Shown: one piece after another, positions 19,541 through 29,445 of the stretch
Numbering within the stretch: the first letter of the stretch is position 1
How the letters are laid out: each line of letters begins with the position of its first letter
From: Candidatus Woesebacteria bacterium GW2011_GWB1_39_12
GTDB taxonomy: Bacteria > Patescibacteriota > Microgenomatia > UBA8517
Direction of reading: 5' to 3'
Assembly (NCBI GenBank): GCA_000993405.1
Contig: LBWB01000007.1
Span: 8,383 to 72,382 of the forward strand
DNA length: 64,000 nt
Notes under the pieces: model-generated
Told to the model about the DNA's origin: nothing
What the model saw: the letters and a program-made list of their open reading frames with translations, nothing else
Database searches by the model: none
Made by a program: the position numbers and the translations under genes

Positions 19541-19865
19541 CTCCTATCGATATTCTCCGCTCTACGGCTGGAGTGAGGCCGACTTTCAAAATTGCTGAAA
19601 GCGGTGTAGAAGCAAATAAAGTTAAATAAGTTAATTAAGTTAACTAAGAGATTAAGTAATATTTAGATTTTTGTGCTCCTAATTAACCGATTAACAGATC
19701 ACTATTCTTGCTCGCAAAGCGAGTACTTACTCCCACAAAGCTTCCAGCAATAATTTGTTAATGTGCGACACCCTCCTTATCTTCGCACTTGGCTTTTCAA
19801 TACTATTCGTATACGCCTCCTGCCAAGATTGGTCGGAGGGTTGTGTACTATTTTTATTTATTAAG

Positions 19866-19885
19866 GAACACAAAAAAGCCGCGGC
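19866..19885 (-). terminator. Hairpin plus T-run when read on the minus strand, downstream of the 20245..22497 gene
   Basis: aaaaaagccgcggcttt on the plus strand, which reads aaagccgcggcttttttt on the minus strand. Confidence 0.35.
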
Positions 19886-20244
19886 TTTAGAGGCCACGGC
19901 TTTAATACAAACCGTTAACGGTTAATCAAAATTTTTGATTAACTTAAATTACTTCACCTCTAAAGCATTTACCCTAAGAATGTATCCTAGAGTATTGGCA
20001 CTATAACACAGTAAGTGCTATTTGTCAAGCCCCCCGTGCTCTTGTGCGAGTAAATATTACATTCAAAACACTTTGAGGGGCGAGTTTTTGCAATACTTTG
20101 AATTCACTCGATAATTGCAAATCAAAAAACACACGGGATTTGAAATCGAAAATTTCTGAGTGCGCCAATACAAAATTAGATTGTACCGGTGGTACAATAA
20201 ACTTGGAGAGTACGTTTTCACGAAGTTTTCACGGTAAACTGAAG

Positions 20245-22497
20245 CTAATTTTCGTCTTCAATCTTGCCCTCAAATATTGTCCCTGAAGACTCATTTTGGG
20301 CAGGTTCGGAATCTGATTTCACTTTCTTGGCATATCTTTCCCTTGATACCCGGATAACTTTATCTTTATTCTGATTTCGGGAAACCGGAAGGGGAAGAGT
20401 ATTGGCCAAGAATGGCCTTGTCGTATGTCCATCTATTGTTAGTTTTAGCGCGATTTGGAAATTTTGCAAGTTCACCAGATCGTTTTGCGAGAACACCTCG
20501 GCAAACTCTTTAAAAATTACGTTTGCGTCTTCCGCCCCAACGGCAAAAGAAATTAAAGTTCCGGCATTTCCCAAAATTGCTTTTTGGACATATTCGGGAA
20601 TTTGTGCCATGTATTGGTTTGCTAAAGTTAACGCCAGGCCGAATTTTCTTGCCTCGGACAAAATTTTTATAAATGAATCGGTTGCAAAATTCTGAAATTC
20701 ATCAACATATAAATAAAAAGGGACCCGGGTCTCTTTGGGAATATCGACACGGTGCATTGATGCCAATTGAAACTTTGTAATAAGCATTGCACCAAGAAGA
20801 CTTGAGTTGTCTTCGCCAAGGCGACCTTGGGAAAGGTTTGCGATGAGAATTTTTTTGCCGTTAATTATTTCATCAATAGAAATGGTTGACTTGGGTGCGC
20901 CGATTATTCTGCGTATCAAAGGAGAAGTCACGAACTGTCCGACTTTATTTTGGATGGGAGCTATTGCTTCTTTTTGAAGGGCCATGGGCATTTTGTCGAA
21001 TTCTTCTTTCCAGAAATGAACTAGTGACGGATCGGTTAGTCTGGCAACGATTTTATTTCTGAAAGACTGGTTTGCAAGCATTTTTAAAACGTCTGCCAAA
21101 GTTGAATTGGGGATTTCGGTCAGCGTTAAAAATGAATTTCTTAAAATGTATTCCATTCGGGCAGACCAGACGTTTGCCCAGACTTTTGTAAATATACTCA
21201 TTAAACCCGAGGCGACGAGTTCTGCTTCCTCGCGATTTGTGACTTCCAGGGGATTTAAAACAATGGGGAAGTCACGGTCGGCCGGGTTAAAGTAAATGGT
21301 ATCGTTGATTCTTGAAGCCGGAATATAGTTTAAGATATCGTCGCAAAGGTCCCCATGCGGGTCAATTACGGCAACACCTCTGCCTTTTTTAAAGTCATCA
21401 ATTGCCATATTGGCAATCATTGTTGATTTACCGGTTCCCGTTTTTCCGACGGTCCAGATATGGCGAAGTCTGTCAGATTCTTTTATGCCGAAGATGCTTT
21501 CTTTATTTTTAAAAGGAGTCTTAGCAAAAAAATTGATTTTTCTTTTTTCCTCGTCAGTAAGCCCTTCAGAAACAGGGAGTTTTTCGGGGGGCTCTGTAAG
21601 AACCGATGTCCCCCAGGTAATTCCCGGAACTTTGATTTTTTCCGAAGGCAAATGCCATAAAGTTGCCAGCTCAATGATATTTAAAATTTGTTTATCGGAA
21701 ACACGCCTTGCCCTTAGAGCTTTAGTTTCCGAGGTTTTGTTAAAACGGTTAGGGGATTTGACAGAAAAAGAATTTGCATCTGATCTGGCAAAGACTCCGA
21801 AGGCGTCTGCAATACCTTTCAGGGTTTTATTTGTATTGCCGGCTATCCTTAAAGTAGTTCTGAAACCTGGGTAAGAAATTTTTTCTTTAATGATATTTGC
21901 GTCCGTCCTTTGGGAAAAAGTTCCATCGGCGTTTTTAGCACCTTTATCAGAGAAAACTTGTCCTTGGGTCTGCCAGTTGGGTGTTATTGACTCCAATGCG
22001 ATTTGGATGAGAACCACTTCATCCGGATCTCCTTTTGAAAGGACAGAAAGAATGGATGATAGAGGATCAACGTCCTGGAAATTAGAGTAAGTTTGGATGG
22101 AGTAAAAACTTCCCTTGGCAAGTTTTAGAAAAAACACTTTGATATCTTGATTCTCCAGAGGGCTCGCCTCGATTCGACCGAGTCGGAGCGGGCTCGCCTC
22201 GCTGAAGCTTTGGCGAAGCGGGTCTTCAATTTTTTCAATTATTACCAAAGGATAGTTTGAGCGGATCTGAGTCTCAATAAAAGATACTAATGACGCATGG
22301 CATGTAACAAGAAACCTGATTTGCTGGTTAACTAATGCAATCTCAAGAGCAAAAGCAGGTGGTTTTTTGCCGAGAAGTTTATCCAATGTTGATGCATAAT
22401 TAATTTGGGTTAAAGCGGCAAGAAATGTTTTTGCCGCCTCAGGAGTGACCTCGATATTTCGAGGTAGTTTAAGAGAAAGAGTTATTAATCCTTCCAC
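20245..22497 (-). CDS. TraD/VirD4-family (T4SS coupling-protein-like) P-loop ATPase; HerA/DUF87-like is the alternative
   Basis: Walker A TVGKTGTGKST, ...AVIDPHGD..., Walker B FYLYVDEFQNF, and ...LALTLANQYMAQ... as found in the conjugative coupling protein / T4SS-DNA-transfer domain. Confidence 0.55.
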   Translation of the reverse strand: MEGLITLSLKLPRNIEVTPEAAKTFLAALTQINYASTLDKLLGKKPPAFALEIALVNQQIRFLVTCHASLVSFIETQIRSNYPLVIIEKIEDPLRQSFSEASPLRLGRIEASPLENQDIKVFFLKLAKGSFYSIQTYSNFQDVDPLSSILSVLSKGDPDEVVLIQIALESITPNWQTQGQVFSDKGAKNADGTFSQRTDANIIKEKISYPGFRTTLRIAGNTNKTLKGIADAFGVFARSDANSFSVKSPNRFNKTSETKALRARRVSDKQILNIIELATLWHLPSEKIKVPGITWGTSVLTEPPEKLPVSEGLTDEEKRKINFFAKTPFKNKESIFGIKESDRLRHIWTVGKTGTGKSTMIANMAIDDFKKGRGVAVIDPHGDLCDDILNYIPASRINDTIYFNPADRDFPIVLNPLEVTNREEAELVASGLMSIFTKVWANVWSARMEYILRNSFLTLTEIPNSTLADVLKMLANQSFRNKIVARLTDPSLVHFWKEEFDKMPMALQKEAIAPIQNKVGQFVTSPLIRRIIGAPKSTISIDEIINGKKILIANLSQGRLGEDNSSLLGAMLITKFQLASMHRVDIPKETRVPFYLYVDEFQNFATDSFIKILSEARKFGLALTLANQYMAQIPEYVQKAILGNAGTLISFAVGAEDANVIFKEFAEVFSQNDLVNLQNFQIALKLTIDGHTTRPFLANTLPLPVSRNQNKDKVIRVSRERYAKKVKSDSEPAQNESSGTIFEGKIEDEN

Positions 22498-22559
22498 AGT
22501 AATTTATTATATATCAGGGGGTTGGAGAAAGAAGAGGGAAACAAACTCGTTGGTTATGG

Positions 22560-22922
22560 CTACCGCCGGAGAATTTCTGCTAGTTTATCAATAAAATCTT
22601 GTGTCTCTTTTGGGTGGGTATATATCCAGTAGGTGGCTGTACTCCCAACGCAGAGAAACGTAAGAAAAGCACTCACAGCAACTATGGCAGCCGATTTTCC
22701 TTCACCGGGTTCTGGTTGGTCTGGAATCACTTCTTTCGATATTTCTGTAGGGTCAAGTTCGTGCATAAAAAACTCGTAGTAAATTATAGGATTAATTGAG
22801 TTCGATGTCAAATTGTGGTAAATTAATCGTACTCGGGTGGTTAGTTCACCGGTTAGAACGCTTACCTGATGACAAACGAAGTTTGACATAACAAAAATTG
22901 CAAACGGGGGCACGTAGTTCAC
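22560..22922 (-). CDS. Possible small membrane protein; overlaps the tRNA-Ile fragment and gene
   Basis: 120-aa ORF with one TM. The overlap with tRNA sequence makes it doubtful. Confidence 0.25.
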   Translation of the reverse strand: MNYVPPFAIFVMSNFVCHQVSVLTGELTTRVRLIYHNLTSNSINPIIYYEFFMHELDPTEISKEVIPDQPEPGEGKSAAIVAVSAFLTFLCVGSTATYWIYTHPKETQDFIDKLAEILRR

Positions 22923-22979
22923 TGGTAGAACGCTTACCTGATAAGTAAGAAGTAGATAGTTCGATTCTATCCGTGCCCA
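22908..22979 (+). tRNA. tRNA-Ile (anticodon GAT) in the 16S-23S spacer
   Basis: Acceptor GGGCACG/CGTGCCC, anticodon stem CTTAC/GTAAG with loop CTGATAA, T-arm GATAGTTCGATTCTATC. Confidence 0.7.
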
Positions 22980-23195
22980 CTCAAAAGTAAGAGGTGTAAG
23001 GCTTGCCCTGAGCGAAGTCGAAGGGTTCGATTCCTTGCGCGCCCACAGAATGGATTTTTTACCTGTTGACGGAGTTCGATATTTTGTAATATAATTCCTT
23101 TTACCTTTTTAAGGCCGTTTACTTAATGAGAATCCGAAAATTAATATTAATCTATAACCCACAGGAATTCTGTGGCTAAATTAGGGAAAGATTAG

Positions 23196-23222
23196 GATCA
23201 TTAGGTAATCCCGCCTTAAAGC
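23196..23222 (+). terminator. Terminator-like hairpin between tRNA-Ile and tRNA-Ala
   Basis: aatcccgccttaaagcgggatttttt. Confidence 0.4.
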
Positions 23223-23283
23223 GGGATTTTTTATTGCACATTTGAAAATTAATATTAGGGAGATAGGGAAGATTAGGGATTAA

Positions 23284-23357
23284 GGGCCCGAAGTTTACCC
23301 GGTTTGAACGCGTCATTTGCAATGACGAGGCAGAGGGTTCGACTCCCTCCGGGTCCA
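23284..23357 (+). tRNA. tRNA-Ala (anticodon TGC) in the spacer
   Basis: Acceptor GGGCCCG/CGGGTCC with the G3:U70 identity pair, anticodon stem CGTCA/TGACG with loop TTTGCAA, T-arm GAGGGTTCGACTCCCTC. Confidence 0.7.
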
Positions 23358-23581
23358 CAACGAAAGAAATTGCTTTGCAATTTCAACGTTGTAGGAACGT
23401 TTAAATTCGAAAGAATTTATTACGTTCCACCCCATTGGTACTTGGAAAGTGGCGGTTGGTGACTGGATATTTTTTCGTCACGAGCCGCCAATTTCCAAAT
23501 ACTAATAATTATATTTGCACTTTGAAATCTGAAGACCATGAAGTGAGCTTTTGCTCTACTTCATGAGGAAAGTAAGGCCAT

Positions 23582-23760
23582 GCCTTGTGCATAGCACAAG
23601 GAATTTCTAATTTCTAATTCCTAATTTCTAAACAAATCCAAAGCACTAAATTCAAATGTTCAAAACTTTTTAATTAGTTTTGAATTTTGGATTTTAAAAT
23701 TTGAGAATTGTTTTGGATTTAGGATTTTGGATTTAGGATTTCCTCGCGCTGTGCGCGAGG
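23582..23760 (+). repeat. IVS-like element B1 at or near the 23S 5' end
   Basis: Hairpins gccttgtgcatagcacaagg and cctcgcgctgtgcgcgagg flank complementary ttctaatttc / ggatttagga halves. Confidence 0.5.
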
Positions 23761-24063
23761 CTATAAGTCTGATATTAACGCAGACAGTGAATGCCTTGGT
23801 GTAAGTTGCCGAAGAAGGACGCACATGGTAGCGATATTCGTCGGGGAGGAGCCACGATCCTGTGATCCGGCGGTGTCCGAATGGAGAAATCCGACCGAGT
23901 TCATACTCGATCACTCCGTGATAAAAATAATTTACGCAAGTAAGTTGTATAGTCGCGGTAGAGGGAACCGTCCAAACTGAAACATCTAAGTAGGGCGAGG
24001 AAGAGAAATCAATAGATATTCCGTCAGTAGCGGAGAGCGAAAGCGGAAAAGCCCAAACCCGCC

Positions 24064-24242
24064 CGTGCGTAGCACTGGAAGTTCCAATTTCCAATCACCA
24101 ATTTCCAAATAATTTCAAATTTCAAATGACAAATTTTCAAAACATTTCTAATCTTAAAGGAGTTTTGAGTTTTTGATTTTGAATTTCGAGTTTGTTTGGG
24201 ATTTGGAATTTGGGTTTTGGAATTTCTCATGCTGCGCATGAG
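24064..24242 (+). repeat. IVS-like element B2 (23S helix-9 region)
   Basis: The 3' hairpin is ctcatgctgcgcatgag. The two halves are complementary (ttccaatttccaa / ttggaatttgg). Confidence 0.55.
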
Positions 24243-24427
24243 TGGGGGTTGTAGGAGCCCGATGTGGGAGTCGACTTGGTAGCAGAATTATCTGGAATGG
24301 TAGATCATAGAGAGTGAAAATCTCGTATGCAAAATTAAGTCGACCTCTAGGGATTTCCTGAGTACCACGATTTAAATCTTCGTGGGAAGCTGGGGGAGTC
24401 ATCCTCCAAGGCTAAATACAACTTGCA

Positions 24428-24468
<41 letters not shown>

Positions 24469-24523
24469 GGGCGAGACGCCCAGTGAAATAGAACCTGAAA
24501 CTGTTTGCGGACAAACCGAGAGA

Positions 24524-24682
24524 GCCTTCGAACAGGAAATTTCAAAAGACAAATAACAAATTACAAACAAGTTCCAAATAACAGAACCCAATATATAGTT
24601 TTAAAAAGTTTTGCAATTTGTGAATTAATTATTGTTTGTATATTGGAAATTGGTAATTGGAGTTTCCCGCTCGGAGAGCGGG
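24524..24682 (+). repeat. IVS-like element B3 (23S helix-25 region)
   Basis: It follows cagtgaaatagaacctgaaac. The 3' hairpin is cccgctcggagagcggg. Confidence 0.55.
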
Positions 24683-24916
24683 TGATCTCGTGCCTATTGA
24701 AGAATGAGCCGGCGAGTTACCGCGTAGCGCATAGTCTAACCGAGTCTGACTCGGGGAGGCGTAGGGAAACCAAGTCTGAATAGGGCGATTAGCGCGAAGT
24801 GGTAGACCCGAAACCGGGTGATCTATCCATGAGCAGGGTGAACCCCGACGAAAGTCGGGGGGAGGCCCGAACCGGTGTAAGTTGCAATTTGCTCGGATGA
24901 CTTGTGGATAGGGGTA

Positions 24917-24950
<34 letters not shown>

Positions 24951-25179
24951 CCCGAAAGGTCTATAGGGACCGTGGTACGTAAGGTGTTGCCGATGGTAGA
25001 GCTACTGAATGGGTAAGCGAGGGTAACCGAGTTTACTCAATCAAACTCCGAATAGCGGTAAACATTAACGTACTAAACAGTCGCATCGGGCTAAGCTGAT
25101 GCGGCGAAAGGGAAACATCCCAGACTCTCAGCTAAGGCCTCTAAATTACAGCTAAGTTTCAAAGGAAGTTCACGTCCGT

Positions 25180-25230
<51 letters not shown>

Positions 25231-25300
25231 CAGCTCACTGGTCGAGGTTGTGGGCGCCGAAGATTTATCGAGGATAAGCTGTATGCCGAAGCTGGAGATG

Positions 25301-25506
25301 CCTGTTCGTAGAACAGGAAATTTCAAATAATAAATGCCAAGTAACAAACCCTTCGATTTTACTCAGGGTCCTGAGCAGGTCGAAGGACAAATTCCAAATA
25401 ATAAAATCCCAATGAATAAAAAAGTTTTTAGATTTTAAGATTTGTGATTTAAATTTTGTTTGTAAATTGGATATTGAAAATTGGAGTTTCCCGCTCTGCG
25501 AGCGGG
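25301..25506 (+). repeat. IVS-like element B4 (23S helix-45 region)
   Basis: 5' hairpin cctgttcgtagaacagg; 3' hairpin cccgctctgcgagcggg. Confidence 0.55.
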
Positions 25507-25746
25507 TGTGGTAGGGGAGCGTTCCGTATCCAGTGAAGTTAAGCCGTAAGGCTTGGTGGAGGATACGGGAGTGAGAATGCCGGCATGAGTAGCGTACTAT
25601 CCCGGAGAGAATCCGGGACACCGAATGCCCGAGGATTCCGTCGCGAGGTTCGTCCCCGACGGGTTAATCGGTACCTAACCTAAGGCCAAATGGCGTAGGG
25701 GATGGATAACTGGTCAAAATTCCAGTATTTATTTTGAATCGAAAGC

Positions 25747-25904
25747 CCTTGTGCTTTGCACAAGGAAATTACAATAAACAAACACCAATTTCCAAACAAA
25801 TTCCAAATTGCAATTAAGAAAAATAAAATAATTGTGATTTGTTAATTAATATTTGTTTGTAATTTGTAAATTGTGTTTTGTGATTTTCTCGCGCAGAGCA
25901 CGAG
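25747..25904 (+). repeat. IVS-like element B5 (23S, domain III region)
   Basis: Its 5' hairpin ccttgtgctttgcacaagg and 3' hairpin ctcgcgcagagcacgag are almost identical to the ends of 16S element A1. Confidence 0.55.
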
Positions 25905-26979
25905 GTAATTGGGGGTTGACTGGATAGGATGGTTGAAGCCTCATAACGATTTGGGGTGTAAGTTATAAGATAGTGTCAGCAGGAAAATCCGCTAATACGT
26001 TTAATCAAGTAGCGATGCAGAGTCTTGCGCAAGCAAGACAATTTCATCCCATTCAATCTACAAGAAAAGACTCGCAGTGAGATTCAAGGTAAGCCGTACC
26101 GCAAACCGACACAGGTGGGCTGGTCGAGAAGACTAAGGTGATCGAGAGAAAGAGGTTCAAGGAACTCGGCAAAAAATCTGGACGTAAGTTCGCAAGATGT
26201 CCTCCCTGAAAAATCTTCGGATTTTTTAGGGTACAACAAAAGAGTGCTAACCGACTGTTTATCAAAAACACAGGTCCGTGCAAAAGCGAAAGCTAAGGTA
26301 TACGGGCTGACGCCTGCCCAGTGCCGGTAAGTGAAGGGGATGGGTTTTACGGATTTATCCGTAAGGCCTTGAACTCAAGCTCCGGTAAACGGCGGCTTTA
26401 ACTATAAGAGTCCTACGGTAGCGAAGTTCCTTGTCGTGTAAGTTACGACCCGCACGAAAGGCGTTACGAGTTAGCAACTGTCTCGAGCCTCTACTCGGCG
26501 AAATTGCGTTGGCTGTGAAGACGCGGCCTACTTCCACCAGGACAAAAAGACCCCGTGGAGCTTTGTTTTGTGCGAGCCAATTGTTTAGAGTAGGAGGGAC
26601 CCTGAGAGCAATCGAAGGGGACACTGAAACACCTCCCTTTGGAACGTGGCAAGACTTACCTAACGTCCTTGCAAACAGGTCGAGGAAAAGTGCTAGGTGG
26701 GCAGTTTTACTGGGGCGGTACCCTGCCAAAAGGTAACGCAGGGGTACAAAGGTTGGCTTAGCACGGATGGACATCGTGCTGAATGTATAAAGGCATAAGC
26801 CAGCTTGATAGCGACTGCGACGGCAGAAGCTAGTACGAAAGTAGGTCTTAGTGATCCTCCGATTGCCTAGTGATAGGCACGGAGCTTAACGGATAAAAGC
26901 TACCCCGGGGATAACAGAGTAGTCGCACCCGAGAGTCCATATCGACGGTGCGGTTCGCTACCTCGATGTCGGCTCACCG

Positions 26980-27010
<31 letters not shown>

Positions 27011-27023
27011 GGTCTGTTCGCCC

Positions 27024-27068
<45 letters not shown>

Positions 27069-27502
27069 GAGTCCGATAACATATCGGACTGACACCAAGC
27101 GGTCTCATCCCTTGACTGACTGAAATACACATCGAAGGATTAGTAACTAATTTGTTATCAACAATCGTTTATAAGGATATATTAAACGGTTTAATTTAAA
27201 TATTTAAATTTGATCTTTTTGTCTAAATAGGAAAGAGGGAATATAAATCTGACTATATGCTGGAAACTCCGGTGTATCCTGTGCTACTCTTGAAAAAGAG
27301 TGAAAAAGCAACAGGTGCGGACAATCAGCAGGAAAGGCCTCATTAGATATGGAATTATCTAATGGGGAATCCTCAACGACTATACGTCAGAATACGTTCA
27401 GTTTACATGAACGTATAAGATATAGTCTGATCTCCATGGCGACTTGGAGGGTTGAAAATCGTTCAGCCGTAAAAACAAGCGGAGTATTGATATACTAAAT
27501 GT
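27069..27502 (+). mobile_element. ORF-less insertion of about 430 nt in 23S just upstream of the sarcin-ricin loop, equivalent to about E. coli position 2590; putative intron
   Basis: The conserved gtcgtgagacagtt ... cggactctatccggtgg...cagtacgagaggacc is interrupted by AT-rich sequence that contains no ORF of 60 aa or more. Confidence 0.45.
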
Positions 27503-27630
27503 CGGACTCTATCCGGTGGAAGCGTTCGAGTCTTGAAGGGAGCTGGCCTCAGTACGAGAGGACCAGGCCGGGGGAATCCCTGGTGTGCCGGTTGTGGCAT
27601 CAGCCGCAACGCCGGGTAGCTACATTCCCA

Positions 27631-27662
<32 letters not shown>

Positions 27663-27847
27663 GCCCCCCCTAAGATTAGGACTCGTTATTAGATCCCTAG
27701 AAGAATACTAGGTTGTTCGACAGGCGGTGGAAGTCGCGTAAGCGATTAAGCCTACCTTGTACGAATCGATCGATTTCAGACTTACTTACTCCTAATGAAG
27801 TATTGTATAAGCTCACTTTATGGTCTTTAGATGAGAAGCAAAGCTTT

Positions 27848-27966
27848 GGTCTGGTGATGATAGCGGTGCGGAACTACCTGATCCCATTCCGAACTCAGTC
27901 GTCAAACACACCTGCGGCGACGATAGTAAGCGGGCAACTGTTTGCGAAAATAGCACGTCGCCAGGC
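27848..27966 (+). rRNA. rrf: 5S rRNA
   Basis: ggtctggtgatgatagcggtgcggaactacctgatcccattccgaactcagtcgtcaaacac...gcacgtcgccagg resembles bacterial 5S. Confidence 0.65.
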
Positions 27967-28165
27967 TAAAGTTTTGCTCTGATAGTTAGGCAAATTTTAG
28001 ATCATCTGATTTAATCCGCTTTCAGCGGATTTGCGAAAATAAGCATAGCTTGGCACCGCTATGCGTTGTAAGTGATCTCTGCTTTGCAGAGCTCCACTTG
28101 GCCAAGTCTGACTTGGTAGCACGTCGCCAGGCTAAAGTTTTGCTTGAACATTAAATTGTAGAAAG

Positions 28166-29317
28166 GTGGTCCCGATTGAATCGGGGCGGTTATGCAAAGT
28201 GGTTTCGAAAAAACATCCAAAAACTTCAAGTAAAAAACGTGGGGAACCTCAGACAATGGAGGAGCTTCTTTCTCTTTATGGAGGTCCGAAGTTTTCTTTT
28301 TCTGTGGGAAATATGATCAAGGGTAAGATTATTCGGATCGAACCACAAAGAGTTGTAGTTGATATTGGAGGGAAAAGTGAAGGAATTGTAGCCGAGAAAG
28401 CTTTTAATGAGGCAGGAGAATTTATTAAAACCCTTAAAGTCGGGGATGAAATAGAAGCAAGAGTTCTGGTTTCCGAGACAAAAGACGGTTATACAATTCT
28501 ATCTTTAAGACGCGCAAAAGAAGAGGCTGTTTGGAAGAGAATTGAGGAAGCTCAAGAAAAACAAACGCCAATATCAGTTGAGGGAAAGGGAGTAACTTCC
28601 GCAGGAGTAACGGTTGATATCGAAGGAATGACAGGGTTCATTCCTGCTTCCCAGCTGGGTAAAGAAGTCTCGGAGAATCTGCAAAGATTAATCGGTCAGA
28701 AATTTGAGGTTATTGTTATTGATTTTGATAAGACGGTAAAAAAAATAATTCTTTCGGAGAAAGAGGTTTCTGAAAAAGAAGAAGTAGCAGCTGCAAGAAG
28801 TGCTATAGAAAATATTAAAGAAGGTGAAACTTTTGAAGGAGAGGTTACGACGATTTTTGACTTCGGAGTTTTCGTTAAAATAGAATGGGGTAGCGGTAAA
28901 ACAAAGATTCCACTTGAAGGTTTGGTGCACATTTCTGAACTTTCTTGGGAAAAGGTTAGTTCTCCTAATGATGTGGCTACTCCCGGAGATAAAGTGAAAG
29001 TCAAAGTTATAGGTAAGAGAAATGGTAAGCTTGCCTTTTCAATAAAACAGGCCTTGGAGGATCCATGGATAAAGGTTGAAGAGAAATATAAAAAGGACAA
29101 AAAAGTGGGGGCAAAAATTACTCGGGTGACGGATTTTGGTGTATTTGTTCAGTTAGAGAGCGGCATTGAAGGTTTAATACATATGACAAAAATTCCGCCT
29201 GGTAAAAAGCTTGTCAGAGGTGACGCGGTAGATGTTTATATAGAGGAAATTGACAAGGAAAATCGAAAAATTGCGCTGGGGTTAGTGTTAACAGAAAAGC
29301 CGGTGGGGTATAAGTAA
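28166..29317 (+). CDS. rpsA: 30S ribosomal protein S1 (short, about four S1 domains); the likely start is the ATG near 28246
   Basis: Repeated S1 OB-fold signatures (GKIIRIEPQRVVVDIGGKSEGIV; GEVTTIFDFGVFVKIEWG; AKITRVTDFGVFVQLESGIEGLIHMTKI). Confidence 0.75.
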   Translation: MVPIESGRLCKVVSKKHPKTSSKKRGEPQTMEELLSLYGGPKFSFSVGNMIKGKIIRIEPQRVVVDIGGKSEGIVAEKAFNEAGEFIKTLKVGDEIEARVLVSETKDGYTILSLRRAKEEAVWKRIEEAQEKQTPISVEGKGVTSAGVTVDIEGMTGFIPASQLGKEVSENLQRLIGQKFEVIVIDFDKTVKKIILSEKEVSEKEEVAAARSAIENIKEGETFEGEVTTIFDFGVFVKIEWGSGKTKIPLEGLVHISELSWEKVSSPNDVATPGDKVKVKVIGKRNGKLAFSIKQALEDPWIKVEEKYKKDKKVGAKITRVTDFGVFVQLESGIEGLIHMTKIPPGKKLVRGDAVDVYIEEIDKENRKIALGLVLTEKPVGYK

Positions 29318-29445
29318 GTGATTAGTGATTGGATATAATTCTTCTTGATGGCTAAGTCTTTATTGTTATTTGTTTGTCAGCAATATATTCACTTATTGAA
29401 ATCATTTGTAAATAGTCCTAAGATGAATTTGTCCGGCTGAATTCT

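Noticed and set aside
20098-21874. Plus-strand ORFs overlapping the 750-aa ATPase gene (for example 20402..20695 and 21410..21874)
   Set aside because: They are antisense to a long ORF with Walker A/B motifs and have no independent support.
22981-23050. Possible extra tRNA (gaggtgtaaggcttgccctgagcgaagtcgaagggttcgattccttgcgcgcccaca) after tRNA-Ile
   Set aside because: It has a T-arm-like GGTTCGATTCC, but I could not find a pairing 5' acceptor or a 7-nt anticodon loop. It may be a tRNA fragment or pseudo-tRNA and is not called as a gene.
23176-23358. 60-aa minus-strand ORF
   Set aside because: It overlaps tRNA-Ala(TGC) and a terminator-like hairpin.
28688-29100. Minus-strand ORFs 28688..28930 and 28696..29100
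   Set aside because: They are antisense to the well-supported rpsA (S1) gene and have low-complexity translations.
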